61,588 nt of DNA, filler included, from Sphacelaria rigidula (GCA_964200075.2; 9 parts of 9 records of this genome joined end to end with filler, not necessarily neighbours in it), one strand, 5' to 3'. Counted from the whole stretch's first letter, positions 1-13,274 are shown. The notes: generated by a model not told the origin, from the letters alone. Numbers and translations: made by a program.

Positions 1-852
1 TCAGGAGGGGCAATGATGATGCAACAATGCATAGTTCATCTGAATTCACCGTTGAAGAACTACATCATAGCAAATGTCTTTCGCTCCTATCCGAGCCCCT
101 CATGTTACGACATGTCATGTTTCTCCTCCGCGATGTTGTGTAGACTGCTGTTGTTCCCTATTGGGTTTCATGTGTGATGCGTGGTTTGGTGTGGCAGTGC
201 TGCAGTAGTGTATGTGTCAGGAGGGGCAATGATGATGCAACAATGCATAGTTCATCTGAATTCACCGTTGAAGAACTACATCATAGCAAATGTCTTTCGC
301 TCCTATCCGAGCCCCTCGTGGTACGACATGTCATGTTTCTCCTGCTCGATGTTGTGTAGATTCGTTATTGGGTTTCATGTGTGATGCGTGGTTTGGTGTG
401 GCAGTGCTGCAGTAGTGTGTGTCAGGAAGGGCAATGATGATGCAACAATGCATAGTTCATCTGAATTCACCGTTGAAGAACTACATCATAGCAAATGTCT
501 TTCGCTCCTATCCGAGCCCCTCATGGTATGACATGTCATGTTTCTCCTTCGTGATGTTGTGTAGACTGCTGTTTTTCCCCACTGGGTTCTATTTGTGACG
601 CGTGGTTTGGTGTGGCAGTGCTGCAGTGTTTGTGGACAGGGGCAATGATGATACAACGACGCGTAGTTGGTCTGAATTCGTCATTGAAGAACTACATCAT
701 AGCAAATGTCTTTCGCTCCTATGCGAGCTCTTTTTTGTGTGCGATCGTGCAGTAGTCTGTCAAGAGGAGCAATGATGGTGCAACGAAGCATAGTTCATCT
801 GAATCCGTCAATGGAGAACTACAGTACATCGGAGTAAATGTCTTCCGCTCCT
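1..852. repeat. Tandem repeat, ~205-216 bp unit, about 4-5 copies decaying rightwards
   Basis: Unit starting TCAGGAGGGGCAATGATGATGCAACAATGCATAGTTCATCTGAATTC recurs at 1, 217, 422, ~636 and, truncated, ~760. Confidence 0.9.
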
Positions 853-1456
853 AAATTTATCTTAGACCCCAAATGAGTGCACTTCTCGCCAATACTGCAA
901 AGTACGACAAAAAACAGATGTTACTTGCTGAAGGTGATACACTTGCAAATACACGGCCTCACGCTGCAATGCTGCAGCATCTCCGTGGTTCCGTTGAACT
1001 CAGACACGAACATGTCTTGGGCTGTCTTGGTCTGTCTGGATGGAGAAGGTGACGCATTTGTCACTGTTTCCAAAGAATGGCGTCAGCAGCAATGAAGGGT
1101 CACCACTGCTTCTTGATGCTGTAAAAAATAACTAGTCTAAATCGTTTTTTCCCGTCGCGTTTCCCCCCACCCCACAAATCGCAACGCTTGGAGAAGAGGC
1201 AGTGGCTATGAAAAGCGATGAATTTTTCTGACGATTTCACCTGACCGCGAACTTTTTTATCGCTTTTCGAGCCTCTCTCGGCGCACTGAAAACCACCCTT
1301 GATTCTCTCACGGGTGCAATCTAGCCCTCACCTAGCCCTCGCTCTTCGTCAAATGTCGCAGTTGTTGTGTCATCTTGTCTAGTGCTCAACCGTACCGTAT
1401 CCGCCCTCGCCATTCCGTTATTTCCTCTCTCTCTCTATATATATATATATCAACAG

Positions 1457-4108
1457 GCATCCCGCCAGCAGGCGTTGTACGACATGGTGTACGTGGAGCG
1501 ACTGCCAGAGGAACAGCAGATGACCTCCGGGTTGTTTTTGCCCACGAAGGAGCAACCCCGGATGCACGTTTGCAAGGTGCACTTACAATACAGTAGTCGA
1601 TCTTCTCTGCGTGATGCCGAAGACCCATGTACGTTCATGCCTCTTTCTTATCAGCGTATGATGTGAAGCCCACTGCCCGCTCCCCCTCCCCGTGAATAAC
1701 ATGCCAACCTCTTGACATATTTTGGTGTATATCGTTCTTCTGTATCGTCGGGCCTCGTATGCCTTGGTGATATGCGACCTGCACATACGCGCGGCGAGTC
1801 TTGTCTGCTTTAATTCGTCGATTTCTGATTCCCCGCGATTTGTATGCCAAAGTAGATTTTGACAAACGCGGTTGCTTACCTTGTGCAGGTGGTGTCGATC
1901 GGGAGCGGTAGAGAAGGAGAGAGCGGACACGTAACACCGAACGATGCTCTCAACGTCGGAGATCTCGTGTACGTGAAAGACCCGTACGGCATCGGTGAGA
2001 AATGTCGTCTAGCATACTCGTCTCTCATGGGGCATGAAGCATATCTTGACCTCTACAGTATTGTTTCCTCTGCAAGATATTCAGGCAGTATCTTCGAAAG
2101 ATATTCCTCAAGACACGGAGCACCTGGTGTCTGATAATGAACCTCGGGTATGTGTTGCGTGAAGCCTCAGGTTCGGTGTCGGTGGCGAAAGGCACCCAGG
2201 GCGCTGTGTGGGTTGGACACGGCGCTCATGAGCAGGGCGCCCCGATTTTGTGTTTTGTTCTACACGACTGTCCTATGATGACTGTAAAAGGTATACTAGG
2301 AAAACCCCTGCAGAGGCTGCACACAATCTTGCCCGCTGTCTCGTCAAACTGTGCCCGCACATGGTTGACCGGTCGAAGCAGTGCAGCTAACAAGCAGGTT
2401 CCAGGCTTCACATCACTGAGGTTGGTGGGTTTTTTGTTCCCGTGCCATGTCGCGCGAGAGCTGGCGGAGTAGCAGGTCGGATATAAACTGTGTCTCCTGC
2501 CAAGGACCCCTACACAGCCGCCTGGGCAGGGAGCAAGGTATCCTTGCAGGCAGTACCGCAGCTTCTTGTGGTGACACGATGGCAGGTTGAGAGCTACCAA
2601 GGTAGTGGCCGGTGTGTTTTCTTACCAGCATCAATTCTGTCAGGTGGTGTGTGGCTTTCACCTGCACATTTTGGTAGTCCGCAAGCTTCGACTACGCCGA
2701 GATCTTGCGGACGCATGTCACCTTCCGGCCCTATGATTACGTAGGAGTACTAGGGACGAGTCTCAATGCATCCCAGAGAGTACAGTATCACCGACCGCAT
2801 AAAGGCACCCTGACTCATGAGCGCACCCAGTACGGCATCTCATCATCTGTGACGGGAGATGCAAAGTTTTTGAATAGCAAGCGCTTGTCACATGCGCAGC
2901 AACACACGTCGTTTGCCCTGCGGATTGGATATCACAGTGGTGGCGTGTTGCCTGTAGCGCCAGCTCTCCGTGCTGATATGATCAAGAAATGTTTCCTCAG
3001 TAGAGAGAACACCGTGGAACATTATATTGGCGATGTTTTGTACAAGTGCCGGTATGCCACTGCGACCATGGCCAGCGCAATGAAAGTGTAGGCTGCAAGT
3101 GGAAAATCCAGTGCGCGCTTGCTCTGCGATGGTGTGTGAAATTCAAGAAGCATGGAAAATAACCAGGAATACAACAGTCAGCTAAGGTGTGATGGATTGA
3201 TTGGTTAGTCACTCACAGAAATGACCCACCAAGAGTTCACCAGCGGTCACGAAATGAAAGTACCCAATGTGAACGAGCCGCAGTGCTTGCTGGCTGAAAG
3301 AAACTTGAGAAAAAGATGAACTTGAAGGATGAAAGGAAGGATATGACACTTTCTACTTGAGGAAGAAATACACGAAGAGGGCAGGAAGTTCAAGAAAAGT
3401 GTGCAAGCAACGATAGCACCAGGCTCAGTTGTAGCACTGGTACCGAGAAGAAACCAAAAGCTGCTGCCTGCTGCGTTGCTTCCGGTGAGAGCGAAACGAA
3501 ATTAAATGAGGTCGAGTAAGGTGGAAGCAAGTTGGACGTCAGAGTATATCTTGAAACCAGGTCGTTGCGCCGGAACGCCCACCCCCACTCTTTGCAGGAG
3601 CGAGATACAAACACAATCCTCACATATTTCATGCGGGATCCCCAGTGCCGTGGACTTGGTCGATACTCCCGTGCTGTATTAATCTACACAGTGATTGTCT
3701 ACCTGGCTTTTCCAACAATCCAAGTCGTGGGGGTATCTAGGCGGTGATTGACCAACTGCGCTTTGACTCGTTGTACGTGGTGTTTTTTTTTTCTTCCCCA
3801 TTCTGCACATGGGATGCCATATGATAGCAGAACATGCGCCCAACGTTACTTGTATATACACCGTGCTTCTCCGATCCCACCGTTTCACGTTTCTCTTTGA
3901 TGTACCATCACGTGTTGCTGTGTCGCTGCTGGCAGGCCCCAGAGACGACGAGTTTGCGGGACGTAGGTTTTCGTTCGTGCGTTACACTAGCATCTGCGGC
4001 ATCATTCCCAACTCACAGGCCTTCGAAGATGCCGCACGAGCTGCCGGCAAGATTCAAGCAGATTTCGACAAGGCCGCTGCGGGGGGTGGGGGCGGTCTCG
4101 TATTCTAG
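1457..4108 (+). CDS. GroES/Cpn10-like co-chaperonin, 5'-partial; exons 1457-1576, 1889-1994, 3936-4108
   Basis: Phase-compatible AG/GT junctions give ASRQQALYDMVYVERLPEEQQMTSGLFLPTKEQPRMHVCK-VVSIGSGREGESGHVTPNDALNVGDLVYVKDPYGIG-PRDDEFAGRRFSFVRYTSICGIIP...LVF*. This follows the GroES pattern (PLxDRVLV, TxGGIxLP mobile loop, VVAVGxG, VGDxV). Start exon not found. Confidence 0.85.
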
Positions 4109-5317
4109 TTCTTACCTCTTGTCCCGTCTGTCACAGCTTGCCCACGTCGTTCGTGGGGATGAGCCACGAAGCGTATCTTGAGTTTACGACGTGTACAATC
4201 ACTCGCGGCACAACGAAATCTTGGCGTCACGTGTTTTGTTCGACTGCGAAGGCCACCCTGCCAAAAGATGTACCGTCTGATATTCAAGATCTTCTCGCGA
4301 TGTGATGCCACGAAAGGGCAACGCCTTGCTTACATGAAGAGAGACCGGGCTTTTTGTTGCCGTTGGCGTGTATTCACTGTAACCAGCTGTACGCCAAAAA
4401 TCCTCCGGCCAGTGAGGAGCGCTTGCAGGTTGTCCGGAGGCGTGAATGTGTGGGTATGAGATCGTGATCAAGAGCGTGACCTCCGCTTCAAATCCTTCGT
4501 TGTGTTGGCATGTTGTCGAGCTGGGGGGTCCTTTTTCTTCCTACGGTAGTATGCTTTAGTAGATTCAGTTGACGTGACTCTTTTCCTGGCGTTGTTCTTG
4601 GGGGGTTGCGACGTGAAACATGGGACTGAGATACTGCATTCGGATCATGTTACCCATGCGCGCATGATCCGGTCTTGTGACGCCATGAATGCAGGACTCG
4701 TGCGAGATGGTGTGACGTTCACTGCGAAGATTGATGCGTTTGTCATGACGGGGGACAAATAAGCGAAGCGTTGTAGGAAGTTGTACGGAAGTATGTTGAA
4801 TAGATCGAGTGACATGGTCAGGGCAGTACGGCGGAGCTGGACCCTGTTGTGTTGAATGGCTGGGGACCAACCGCGAGGCACACATCTGGAATCGTCGTTA
4901 TTCGTTGTAGACCACAGGAGAAACATTTTCTTGGAAAGTTTTTTCGGGAGACTGTCATGTCCCATGTAGAAGATGACACATGGACTGAGCAGTAGCCACA
5001 GGTTTCCATGAATCAATCCCAAGCGCCGATAGGATAAAGGGTATCATATCAGCACAACTAATAAAAGAGGTGTCATTTCATTAGCTTGAGACACCGATTG
5101 ACCGATTGTCTCTGAGAAGCTGACCCGAGCCCACAATGTGAATCTCGCACCCCTCAATGCATCTTTGTGAGTAAAAACGTTTTCGTGGAATTTTCAATTC
5201 CAATTTTTTAATTGGTTGTTGTCTCAGGCAATTCCAAATTCGGCATTAGATTTCGGTGACGGAAAACACTCTCGTTTTTTCGGAATAGTTTTCAAAAGAC
5301 AATCAGAACTTTGGGAA

Positions 5318-5436
5318 AAACTGCTCAAAAGATGACCCCATTATCTTGAGTACAGGGTGGTACACTCAGCACCAGACAACTTTGCAGTGGTACATGAAGC
5401 GCAAAGAACTACACTCAACACCAGATAACACGGCAG
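5318..5436 (+). repeat. Dispersed repeat; second copy on the minus strand at ~30808-30935
   Basis: GATGACCCCAT..CTTGAGTACAGGGTGGT..CAGTGGTAYATGAAGYGCARAG..ACTCAACACCAGAYAACACGGCA is shared between contigs 1 and 5. Confidence 0.75.
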
Positions 5437-5456
5437 TTCTGCAGTGTTTTCTGGTG

Positions 5457-5850
5457 TCAAAACCTGAAGATGGACTGTATACAGCATCAGCTTCTCTTGT
5501 CGCAAAATCGCGGCGTCCTGGCCGCTCGAAACCTGGAGACGGACTGTACTCCAATGCAAAAACTCGTAACCCAGATCTGTACGTTGAGGTTGTGCTGAAG
5601 TACAATGGGACAAGACATGTCCCATATTTTAATCCTTTGGCTGATTTCACACACCGCTCGAAACCTGAAGACGGACTGGATTCAAATGTCAAATCTTGTA
5701 ACCCAGATCTGCACGCAGTGTTTGTGCTGGAGTACAGTGAGACACGACATGTCCCATGTTTTGGTCCTTCGGCTGATTTCAAACACCGCTCGAGACCTGA
5801 GGATGGGCTGTAATTAAATGCAAAAACTTGTAACCCAGATCTGCACGTAA
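5457..5850. repeat. Tandem repeat, ~132 bp unit, about 3 copies
   Basis: CGCTCGAAACCTGRRGAYGGRCTG...TGTAACCCAGATCTG recurs near 5523, 5655 and 5787, with a partial copy at 5457. Confidence 0.8.
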
Positions 5851-6755
5851 CTTGACAATTGCAGCGGGTGTAGTGATGGTCGTCAGTCCAACCAGGTCCA
5901 AGGTCTGTGCAATGCTGCCGACAACATGCAATAACGGAGCACAACACCTACACACCTAGCCCTGAAAAAACACGCACAGACACCCACCACTCACGCGCAT
6001 CGTTCAAGCGATGCCTCATTATCCACGTACGACAGCCTTTGTTTGACTGAAACCCGTCCAGTATTCGATGAAACGCGCAAATTCGAATACTTGAAACCCA
6101 GACGTGCACGCAGGTTGAGAAATGCGGCGGGTCTGAAGGGGCGTTAGTCGAAGCACTCGTTCTCAACAAACGTTCCACAGATCAAGAGTCTGACGAGCGA
6201 AAAATTTGGGACACGTAGCCCCCCCCTCCCGGAGGGCATTTTTTCGAAAATTGTCATGACTTTCTCGATATTTTTTTGTCAAGTTTCTCGCAAGGAATTG
6301 ATCACTAAACAATGTTTTGATTATTCCTGTCACTTTCGTTACAAGAAATAATTGATCAATAAATGCTGAAAAAAACGGAAAAATCTGGTGGGCTTTGTGA
6401 TGTTCGTGTATCTGCTTCTGCTCCTTGCCAGTTCTGTCACGATGACCTCAGATGCCGGAGGGCATTTTTCCGACAAGTAAAATTATCCTGTTTTTTTACA
6501 TATATTTTCTGTTTACTTCGTTGCAAGAAACTGACAAATGAACATTGACAAAATCCGAAGAGTTTGGTGGGCTTTGCGGGGTATGTATTTACTTCCGCTC
6601 CTTTATATATTTCTATATATTAAATAAATATAATATTTTTTTTCGAGCAAATGTTTGTTTTTTGCCTTCTTCTGCGGGCTGCTTGGGTTATGGGTATATT
6701 GATGGTATGCTCCTCGTACTCTGTGACCACGGGTTCGAGAGATCGAGCTAATGTG

Positions 6756-6855
6756 NNNNNNNNNNNNNNNNNNNNNNNNNNNNNNNNNNNNNNNNNNNNT
6801 TAATTAATTAANNNNNNNNNNNNNNNNNNNNNNNNNNNNNNNNNNNNNNNNNNNN
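6756..6855. other. Artificial contig spacer N44-TTAATTAATTAA-N44; also at 13611, 20466, 27321, 34175, 41029, 47883 and 54736 (100 bp each)
   Basis: Eight identical spacers. The 12-mer places stop codons in all six frames. Confidence 0.98.
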
Positions 6856-6878
6856 GGGGACAAAAAAAAAAAAAAAGA

Positions 6879-7246
6879 AACAGTATGTACAGTACCGCTG
6901 TAGTCGTGTGACGGTCTTGTCGAAGCCACCCGCATTCACGATGAGCGACATGCGGCCGTGGGTCATGTGTAATTTTGCGAGTTAGGTACTACATGAAGGA
7001 AGGTATTCATCCCACCTGGTGCTTTTTTATTGCGCATGTATCGTACAGCCTGTGAAGTGCGATGTTTGGGTATGACCAGCGTCGAGTGCGGAAAGGAACA
7101 GTATGTACAATACTACATGACGGCCTTGTCGAACGCATCCGCAATCACGATGAGCGACATGCGGCCGTGGGTCATGTGTAATTCTGCGGGTTAGGTACTC
7201 CATGAAGAAAAGTATTGATCCCACCTGGCGCCTTTTTAATGCGCAT
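6879..7246. repeat. Direct duplication, ~220 bp period
   Basis: AACAGTATGTACA...CACGATGAGCGACATGCGGCCGTGGGTCATGTGTAATT...TCCCACCTGG at ~6879 and ~7097. Confidence 0.8.
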
Positions 7247-9020
7247 CGATGGCACGTTGGGAACCTGCACTCGGGTTCGGACGACCTCCTACGTGGAGCG
7301 AGATTATCCGACTCATAAACAACACAGATTTCGAGTGGTGAACTTGGACAGTATATCAGTACGACGATCACATGCAGGATCATGAGATTAGATGGTGCGG
7401 CATCCAAAACTCCGTTATCGTTGGACAGTACAGCATAATAACCGCACGATTGAAGACATCTGTAATAAAACAAATTGACGTACGATCCCACACGCATCCA
7501 CTCCCCCGCACACTTGCTGACCGTAGGTGTGGAAGATCCCCAAGACGCACAGTTGGGGTGCAACGTCTGGAGCACTTTTGAGACGCCGGCCGGGGCAGAC
7601 CGAACGTGAGATACGGCACCGCGATCGGTCTCAACGTAAGAGCACCACAATACCCCTCGCGCACTTTTACCGTGCGAAATAGAAGTGCTGAAGATCCAGC
7701 TCATCTGACTGCTTTCCTCTTGTTCCCGCTGATGACTGTGATACTTGAACCAATTGAGGATGCCTGCGTTTCGGGATATCATCATTTCACACGAACCCGT
7801 GTCTTTTACAATCTAAAAACAAAGAAGACTGCACGACTGATACGTTGTTTCAATCTATCATTTTCCCGTCTATTCCGGGTAGGTAATGAAGTGTCTGCCC
7901 AACTGTCGCCTCCATCCCGGCTGACACATGCCACGCCCGCAGTTGAAAGCAGATTTCCCCTGACGCACTCCGAATGTGCAGCACCGGTGGAAAATGTGAG
8001 GGACATCGTCGAGGGTCGCACCGGCGAACGAGTCAAACCGTAAAAGTGGCTGAGCCCCCGTTGTTACGGAAAGTATACGGCGACTGTGCTGTTCAGTGCG
8101 CCGGAGGCGTCCTTCGCGTCCAGTGATGGCGCATCTGTAGAAAAGCAGGGGTTGGAGGGATGCAATGACCATCCGAGTGCAGAAAGGAGTTACTTCAAAG
8201 TTCGATCGGCTGTGGAAGGCGCGACTTGTAAAATCTCCATCACCTCGGCGCCAGGAAACAATGTACGGGAGGTGTTACCACGGAATCCGCCGACAGTACC
8301 TCTCGAGGAAGTGGGCAACACCCCCCGTAAAATCGGGAAAGCTTCCGGTGGTAGAGTCCCGGAGGTTCAAAATCCAACTCCATCTGCCAAGGCCACGAAA
8401 AGACGTACACCGCCCAAGTCCGGCAGAGACATACCACCACATACATGCTGGCATACGTGCATCGAGGCGGAAGAGAACCGCGACGAATAAGCGGGAGGTT
8501 GACAGCGTATGGGGAGCGTGGCATGAACAAGAGCAGGCGGTGTTGCAGCACAGAGACGACGTGAGGGAAGATCAGCTGTTGGCAGTACATCTCCCGAGGA
8601 AGTGCCGATGTCCGTATCCCCATACAGCTAAAGGCGGGGTCCTACTCGGGGCTCACCGGGGGGGGGTTTCCACGCCGTCGGGACACCGTAACAAGCGACC
8701 AGGCTCACCATGCACCTTGCGACCAACTCCTGCAGGCGCGCCGGCGTCAAAATCGAAGCGGAAAAAGAAGAAGGCTACATATGCTGCCGCCACTGAGGTT
8801 GACCAATGCAGAGTTGAAGGTGTCGGCAGCTCATCGTTCGCGGGTTCAGAGCGAAAGTAGGTAGCGCCGGCACCTACGAATGGGGCTGCCAGCGAGCTAA
8901 TGACGCATCCCGACCGCCGGGCAACACCCCCCGATACTGATCGTGGTGAACATCGTGCGCGCGGTGAAATCGGGAAATTAACGACGCGACGCAGTAGTTC
9001 TCAAGGTCTCCCTGGGGATC

Positions 9021-12000
9021 GTGATAGCTTCAGGAGGGTACGTGCTGCGCCGGCAGGGTAGTGGTATGAGGAGGGGGAAAGGAAGTACGCGGGTTTGCAG
9101 TCGTGATGTGTGTGGCATACAGTTCCCTGTCTTCAACGACAAATGCAACACGTGCTCTTCTTGCGGTCAGATACACGACGCGACATCGCGGCTGTGCTTC
9201 GCCTGCAATCGACCAGGGTCCGGGGAAGGCAATGCCCGGCGTCATCTTGGCGCCGCGCGAATCACGGAGGCTCGGCAATTTTTGCAGTCGTGTGCAGATG
9301 ATGATGATGTACGCCCGGCTGCGCTTGTGAAAAACTATCAACCGAGTTCAGATTGCTTGTGCAGCGGGCATGATTGTTTTAAGCGCTCCATCGAGCGATA
9401 CAGGACAACGAGTACTAGACGGAAGGCGAGTTTCCTCCCGCCGGTTAGTAGCACAACCGTGGCTGTTGGTTTAACACCCCCCCTACCCCTGACGAGCCGG
9501 ACTTTGTTGCAGAGTTACACCAAAAAGTGACTACGGTCGTTGAGGAGGGGCGTTTGTGGGACTGGAGGATGTTTAATTCTGGCTGACCGAAGTCAGAACC
9601 GCAGTGAACGCCCGGGCTGTTCTAGACAAGCGCACCAGTGAGCAAGCGCTGAGAATTGTCGATGCGGTGGCCGCGGACGGCGCAGTCGACGCCAAGCTTG
9701 AGAAGATAAGCGGGGTTGATGCGGCTGTATGCGATGGGCGACGCAAGTTCATCTATCTCGTCCCTTCCGTGGTGGCGCCCGAGGTAGCCATTGCGGCCGA
9801 CGTTGAACTTCGCAACATGCGTACGAGGGTACGAGAGTTGGAGCGTTCTGTCTCCCGCCTCGCCGCCGAGATGGAGACTGGTCAGCCTATTGAACACGCA
9901 CTCCAGCGGGTGACAGCTGCCGGTTCTGAGGAGGATGAATGGGCCGTGGTCATAGCGGCTGGGTCTATCGTCAGGGTGGGCATCGAAAGTGCATACGAAC
10001 TGAAGAACGTATCGGGGGATAGAGACCAGAAATACGCCGCCGGCACTGTTGGCATTGCTGAGCAGTCTGTGCCATTTGCAAGTGTCGAGTAATGACCCGG
10101 ACTTGCTTTTTCCGACAGGGGATGAAGCAAGGAGCGGTAGGCAAGGGGATCCTGTTCATGCGCCTCGCACCGCTGGGGCGGATGATGTCGACATGTCGGT
10201 GGCGCGGGATGGCGGGGCGGGTTTGAGGGGCACCGCAAGCAGGTGTGGTGGCGGAACGGCGCAACAGGAACACGGGGGCACAGCTCAAGGGAGATCGGCG
10301 ATGTTCCTCGCCAGCGCAAGAACACACCGATCGACCCCGCGGGAAAAGGCGCTGCGCAAGAAGATGAGGGAGAGAAAGAGGCGGATTGGGAGACTACACA
10401 TACTCGTGCAAAACCTGACCAAAATTGTTTTAGGCCGGGGTTTTCGAGCAATGCACGACTTCCATCTAGCGCAGGTGTTGAAAACGCACGGCACACCCGT
10501 GGCTGCCATCGACTACGTCGCCGCTCATGGATTCTGTATGACAGAGTCGATGCGGTACGAGCGGGAACAGTTCTACGTGAAGTGGAGGATGGACGGACAT
10601 ATCATAGCCCTAGCATTACGGGTTGCTGCAATTCCTTGGGACAACTGCGGTTTTCGGCCGACGACGAGTGTCACGGGGGTCAGGGCACATGTAAGTACTA
10701 TGGCGGCCACCTGCGTGGCCGTGGAGAATCTCCGTGGGCATATATCGCTCATGCACGCGCACCGCCGGCAAGGTGATCTGGTGGCTGTGGATATCACGAC
10801 GGGACCCTCCTGGCACAGGGGCGGTAGCAATAGGAGCGTTTTCTCTCCGTATTTGACGATGCAGCATTCCCTTGCGCGGTGACGAGGATCGCAGGTGAAG
10901 GGAGGTGGCCACATCGAAATGTTCTTGGAAATCGAACTCAGACAGGTGAACAGAGTTGGCGTTTTTTGGTTGCTCAGTAGTTGGTCGGGATATTAATGTC
11001 GAAAGATGGCGAAATCACGCACCTGTGCGTGGGGCGCAGTGTTGCGTCTGACATGATAATATTTAGATATTGGAGCTGAGCTCGCATCAATATCAGGCTG
11101 TTTGCACTTTAGCTAGGGTTAGGGTAAGGTGATGACATAATTTCGCGCGGACGCCGCGCACGGGTAATCCAACTGTATTTGCTCGTACCGAGTAGGTTGG
11201 CAACGTGTGGACTCGAAATCCCTAGAGATGCCGTTTGGGCGTCTTCTACCCGGTACTGAGACTTCATCGTAAACAATTCATGAGCAAGAGATTAGGAGAA
11301 GAAGAGTCTGTGGAAACATTTCAGGGAATGCACGAGTGCTTCTCCTATTTCCGATGCAAGCTTGAGAGTGGCGTGCAGCGGGAGGTATCCATGGTGCGCA
11401 CCTCGCAGAATGGCATGGATTAAAGGTGTGAGGGCGGACAAATGCCTGACGGTGTGTATACCCTGCATCATCTGCGCTCGTGTGATCTCATCCTCGACTT
11501 CCCCCCCCTAGGCGATACCAATGATGCAGAGGGAGCCGTAGGTGTTCAAGTACCTCTTTTTGCAACTGGGCACCACGAAGGGTTGGTCCGACTCGAAGGC
11601 CGCCATCGACTGTCTTGCTGATATACGCCACGTGGACGAGAGGGGCGCGGCGGCGGCATGCATGGTTGCCGGCGATGAGCAGACTTTTCGCTTCATGTAT
11701 CACGTGATTCGGAGTATCCCCGGCCACTTCACTTGCTCAGAATATACGTGGATGACTGGCACCTTCTGTACCACATGGCAAAGGCCATCATGAACCGGTT
11801 TTGGGGAGCAGGGATAGAGTTCATCACTTGGCGTGGACGGAACCAAAGCATCGGAGGCTAGCAGCATGGAAGGGGCGGATCTGCGGCGAACCATGGAAGG
11901 GGCGGGTCAGCGGCATTGCGTGGCGGGGGGCAGGCGAATGGAGCAAGGAAGGCCCCGGGGGCAGGTGTTGATAGTAGTCGTGGTAAGGAGTGCTTCCGAC

Positions 12001-12600
12001 GAGATGGCGGGATGATGGCGAGGGTAGCGGGAGGGGAATTGGATCCGGGACCAAATTCTACCAGTCGCAGTTGTTGCGACGGCGGTCTAGATGGTCCCAC
12101 AGAGGGCGGATCGAAGCATTCAGCCGGGATCTGGCTTGGAGATTCAGACTCTGAGTGTAGCGACTCAGAGGTAGAGGACTCGGCATCAGAAGCAGGCAAA
12201 GACCACGACAACGAATTCGCGTTTTGATTGCACCTATATCGAAAGTCGTAGACATGTTTCTTGAAGATGAGTTGCGTAGGTGTATAAGTAACCGTGGGAG
12301 TTATCTTCTGCAGACGGAAGTTATAACCCGTGCGTAGGGTTGATGGGGAAGTTGTAGAGTGCTTGATGCAGTGCGCCCTTGTGTGCAGACGTCTACGGCG
12401 GGTCGTCCGGCGACACCCTTGGGCGAATCGCCGGTTGTATCTCAACATATTGCGTGATACTAGAGGAACGAACGACTGATCAAGCGAGAATGATGATCAA
12501 GACGTGGTGTTGCAGAGAACCTTATGCAATACTGTGCAACACGACCACCACACGCACGTGGACTCCAGTCGTGAGTCGGCGTTGATAGCGCTCTGCACAG
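9021..12600 (+). mobile_element. Degenerate Academ-like (DUF6589-related) DNA transposase gene with frameshifts and stops
   Basis: Collinear motifs: Cys-rich N-terminal piece (9021-9530), LKTHGTPVAAIDYVAAHGFCMT, IPWDNCGF (10631-10654), VAGDEQTF (11665-11688), then after a frameshift LRIYVDDWHLLYHMAKAIMNRFWGAGIEFI (from ~11736). Confidence 0.6.
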
Positions 12601-13274
12601 CGGGCGGACCGCCACGAGTATTTGGTGTGATTGATAACAACCGATCGTGAAAATTGAGGACAACGGTTTTCATTGACGATGCCCAGTCGGTTTATTACAA
12701 TCTTCATATGTGTGGACCAATGTTTCTGAATATGCCTGCATTCCTTTACGTATCGATAGCTATCACCAATTTTTGCATGCCATACAAAATTGAAACCCGA
12801 TAACCGATTTGTTGAGGTCCTATGTGTATATGTTCTGTGGTGATGGGAGGGGGGGAGGGGTACGTGATAAAGATGGAACACGTAAATCCATCCTCTATGT
12901 CGCAGAACAGTGGTTCCAAGTGCTGCACGCTGGAGGAACATCGGATGATGTTCTCCGTCCCTAACCCTTCATTATTGCCCACCAAACTTCGGACCCCATC
13001 ACATCGGAGAGTCAATGTGACTACCTACGCTTCGAAGCAAACCCTGACGCCGTTTCCGTGGTATCTCTCTTTTGTTTCCGACAGCTTACAGTATCACTAA
13101 CGACACAAGGAATCGGCAAACCATGAGTGTGCGTTTATACCTTGCGCGGCGATCCCGTAAGCATGCTTCATGCGCCGCCCCGGCGACAATGACAAGCACA
13201 TGTTTGGAACGTCTTTCCCACTGGTGGGCAATGTCAATTATTGCATGCATGCTTGCGGGAGAAAATAATCCCTA

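Noticed and set aside
1..852. Tandem C/D-box snoRNA cluster (ATGATGA...CTGA)
   Set aside because: The boxes are only ~20 nt apart with no terminal stem, and the whole unit is duplicated like a satellite.
5457..5850. Hammerhead ribozyme (GAAAC and CTGAAGA in each repeat unit) and the long ORFs 5346-5813 / 5366-5947
   Set aside because: The two core motifs abut with no room for stems III and I, and stem II does not pair. The ORFs simply follow a repeat unit divisible by three.
6800..6811. TTAATTAATTAA repeated every ~6.85 kb as a biological periodic signal
   Set aside because: Always centred in a 100-bp N spacer; it is an assembly linker.
7027..8860. Long ORFs 7027-7785 (-), 8086-8490 and 8165-8860 as genes
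   Set aside because: No recognisable motifs or convincing splice structure; they overlap repeats or decayed element sequence.
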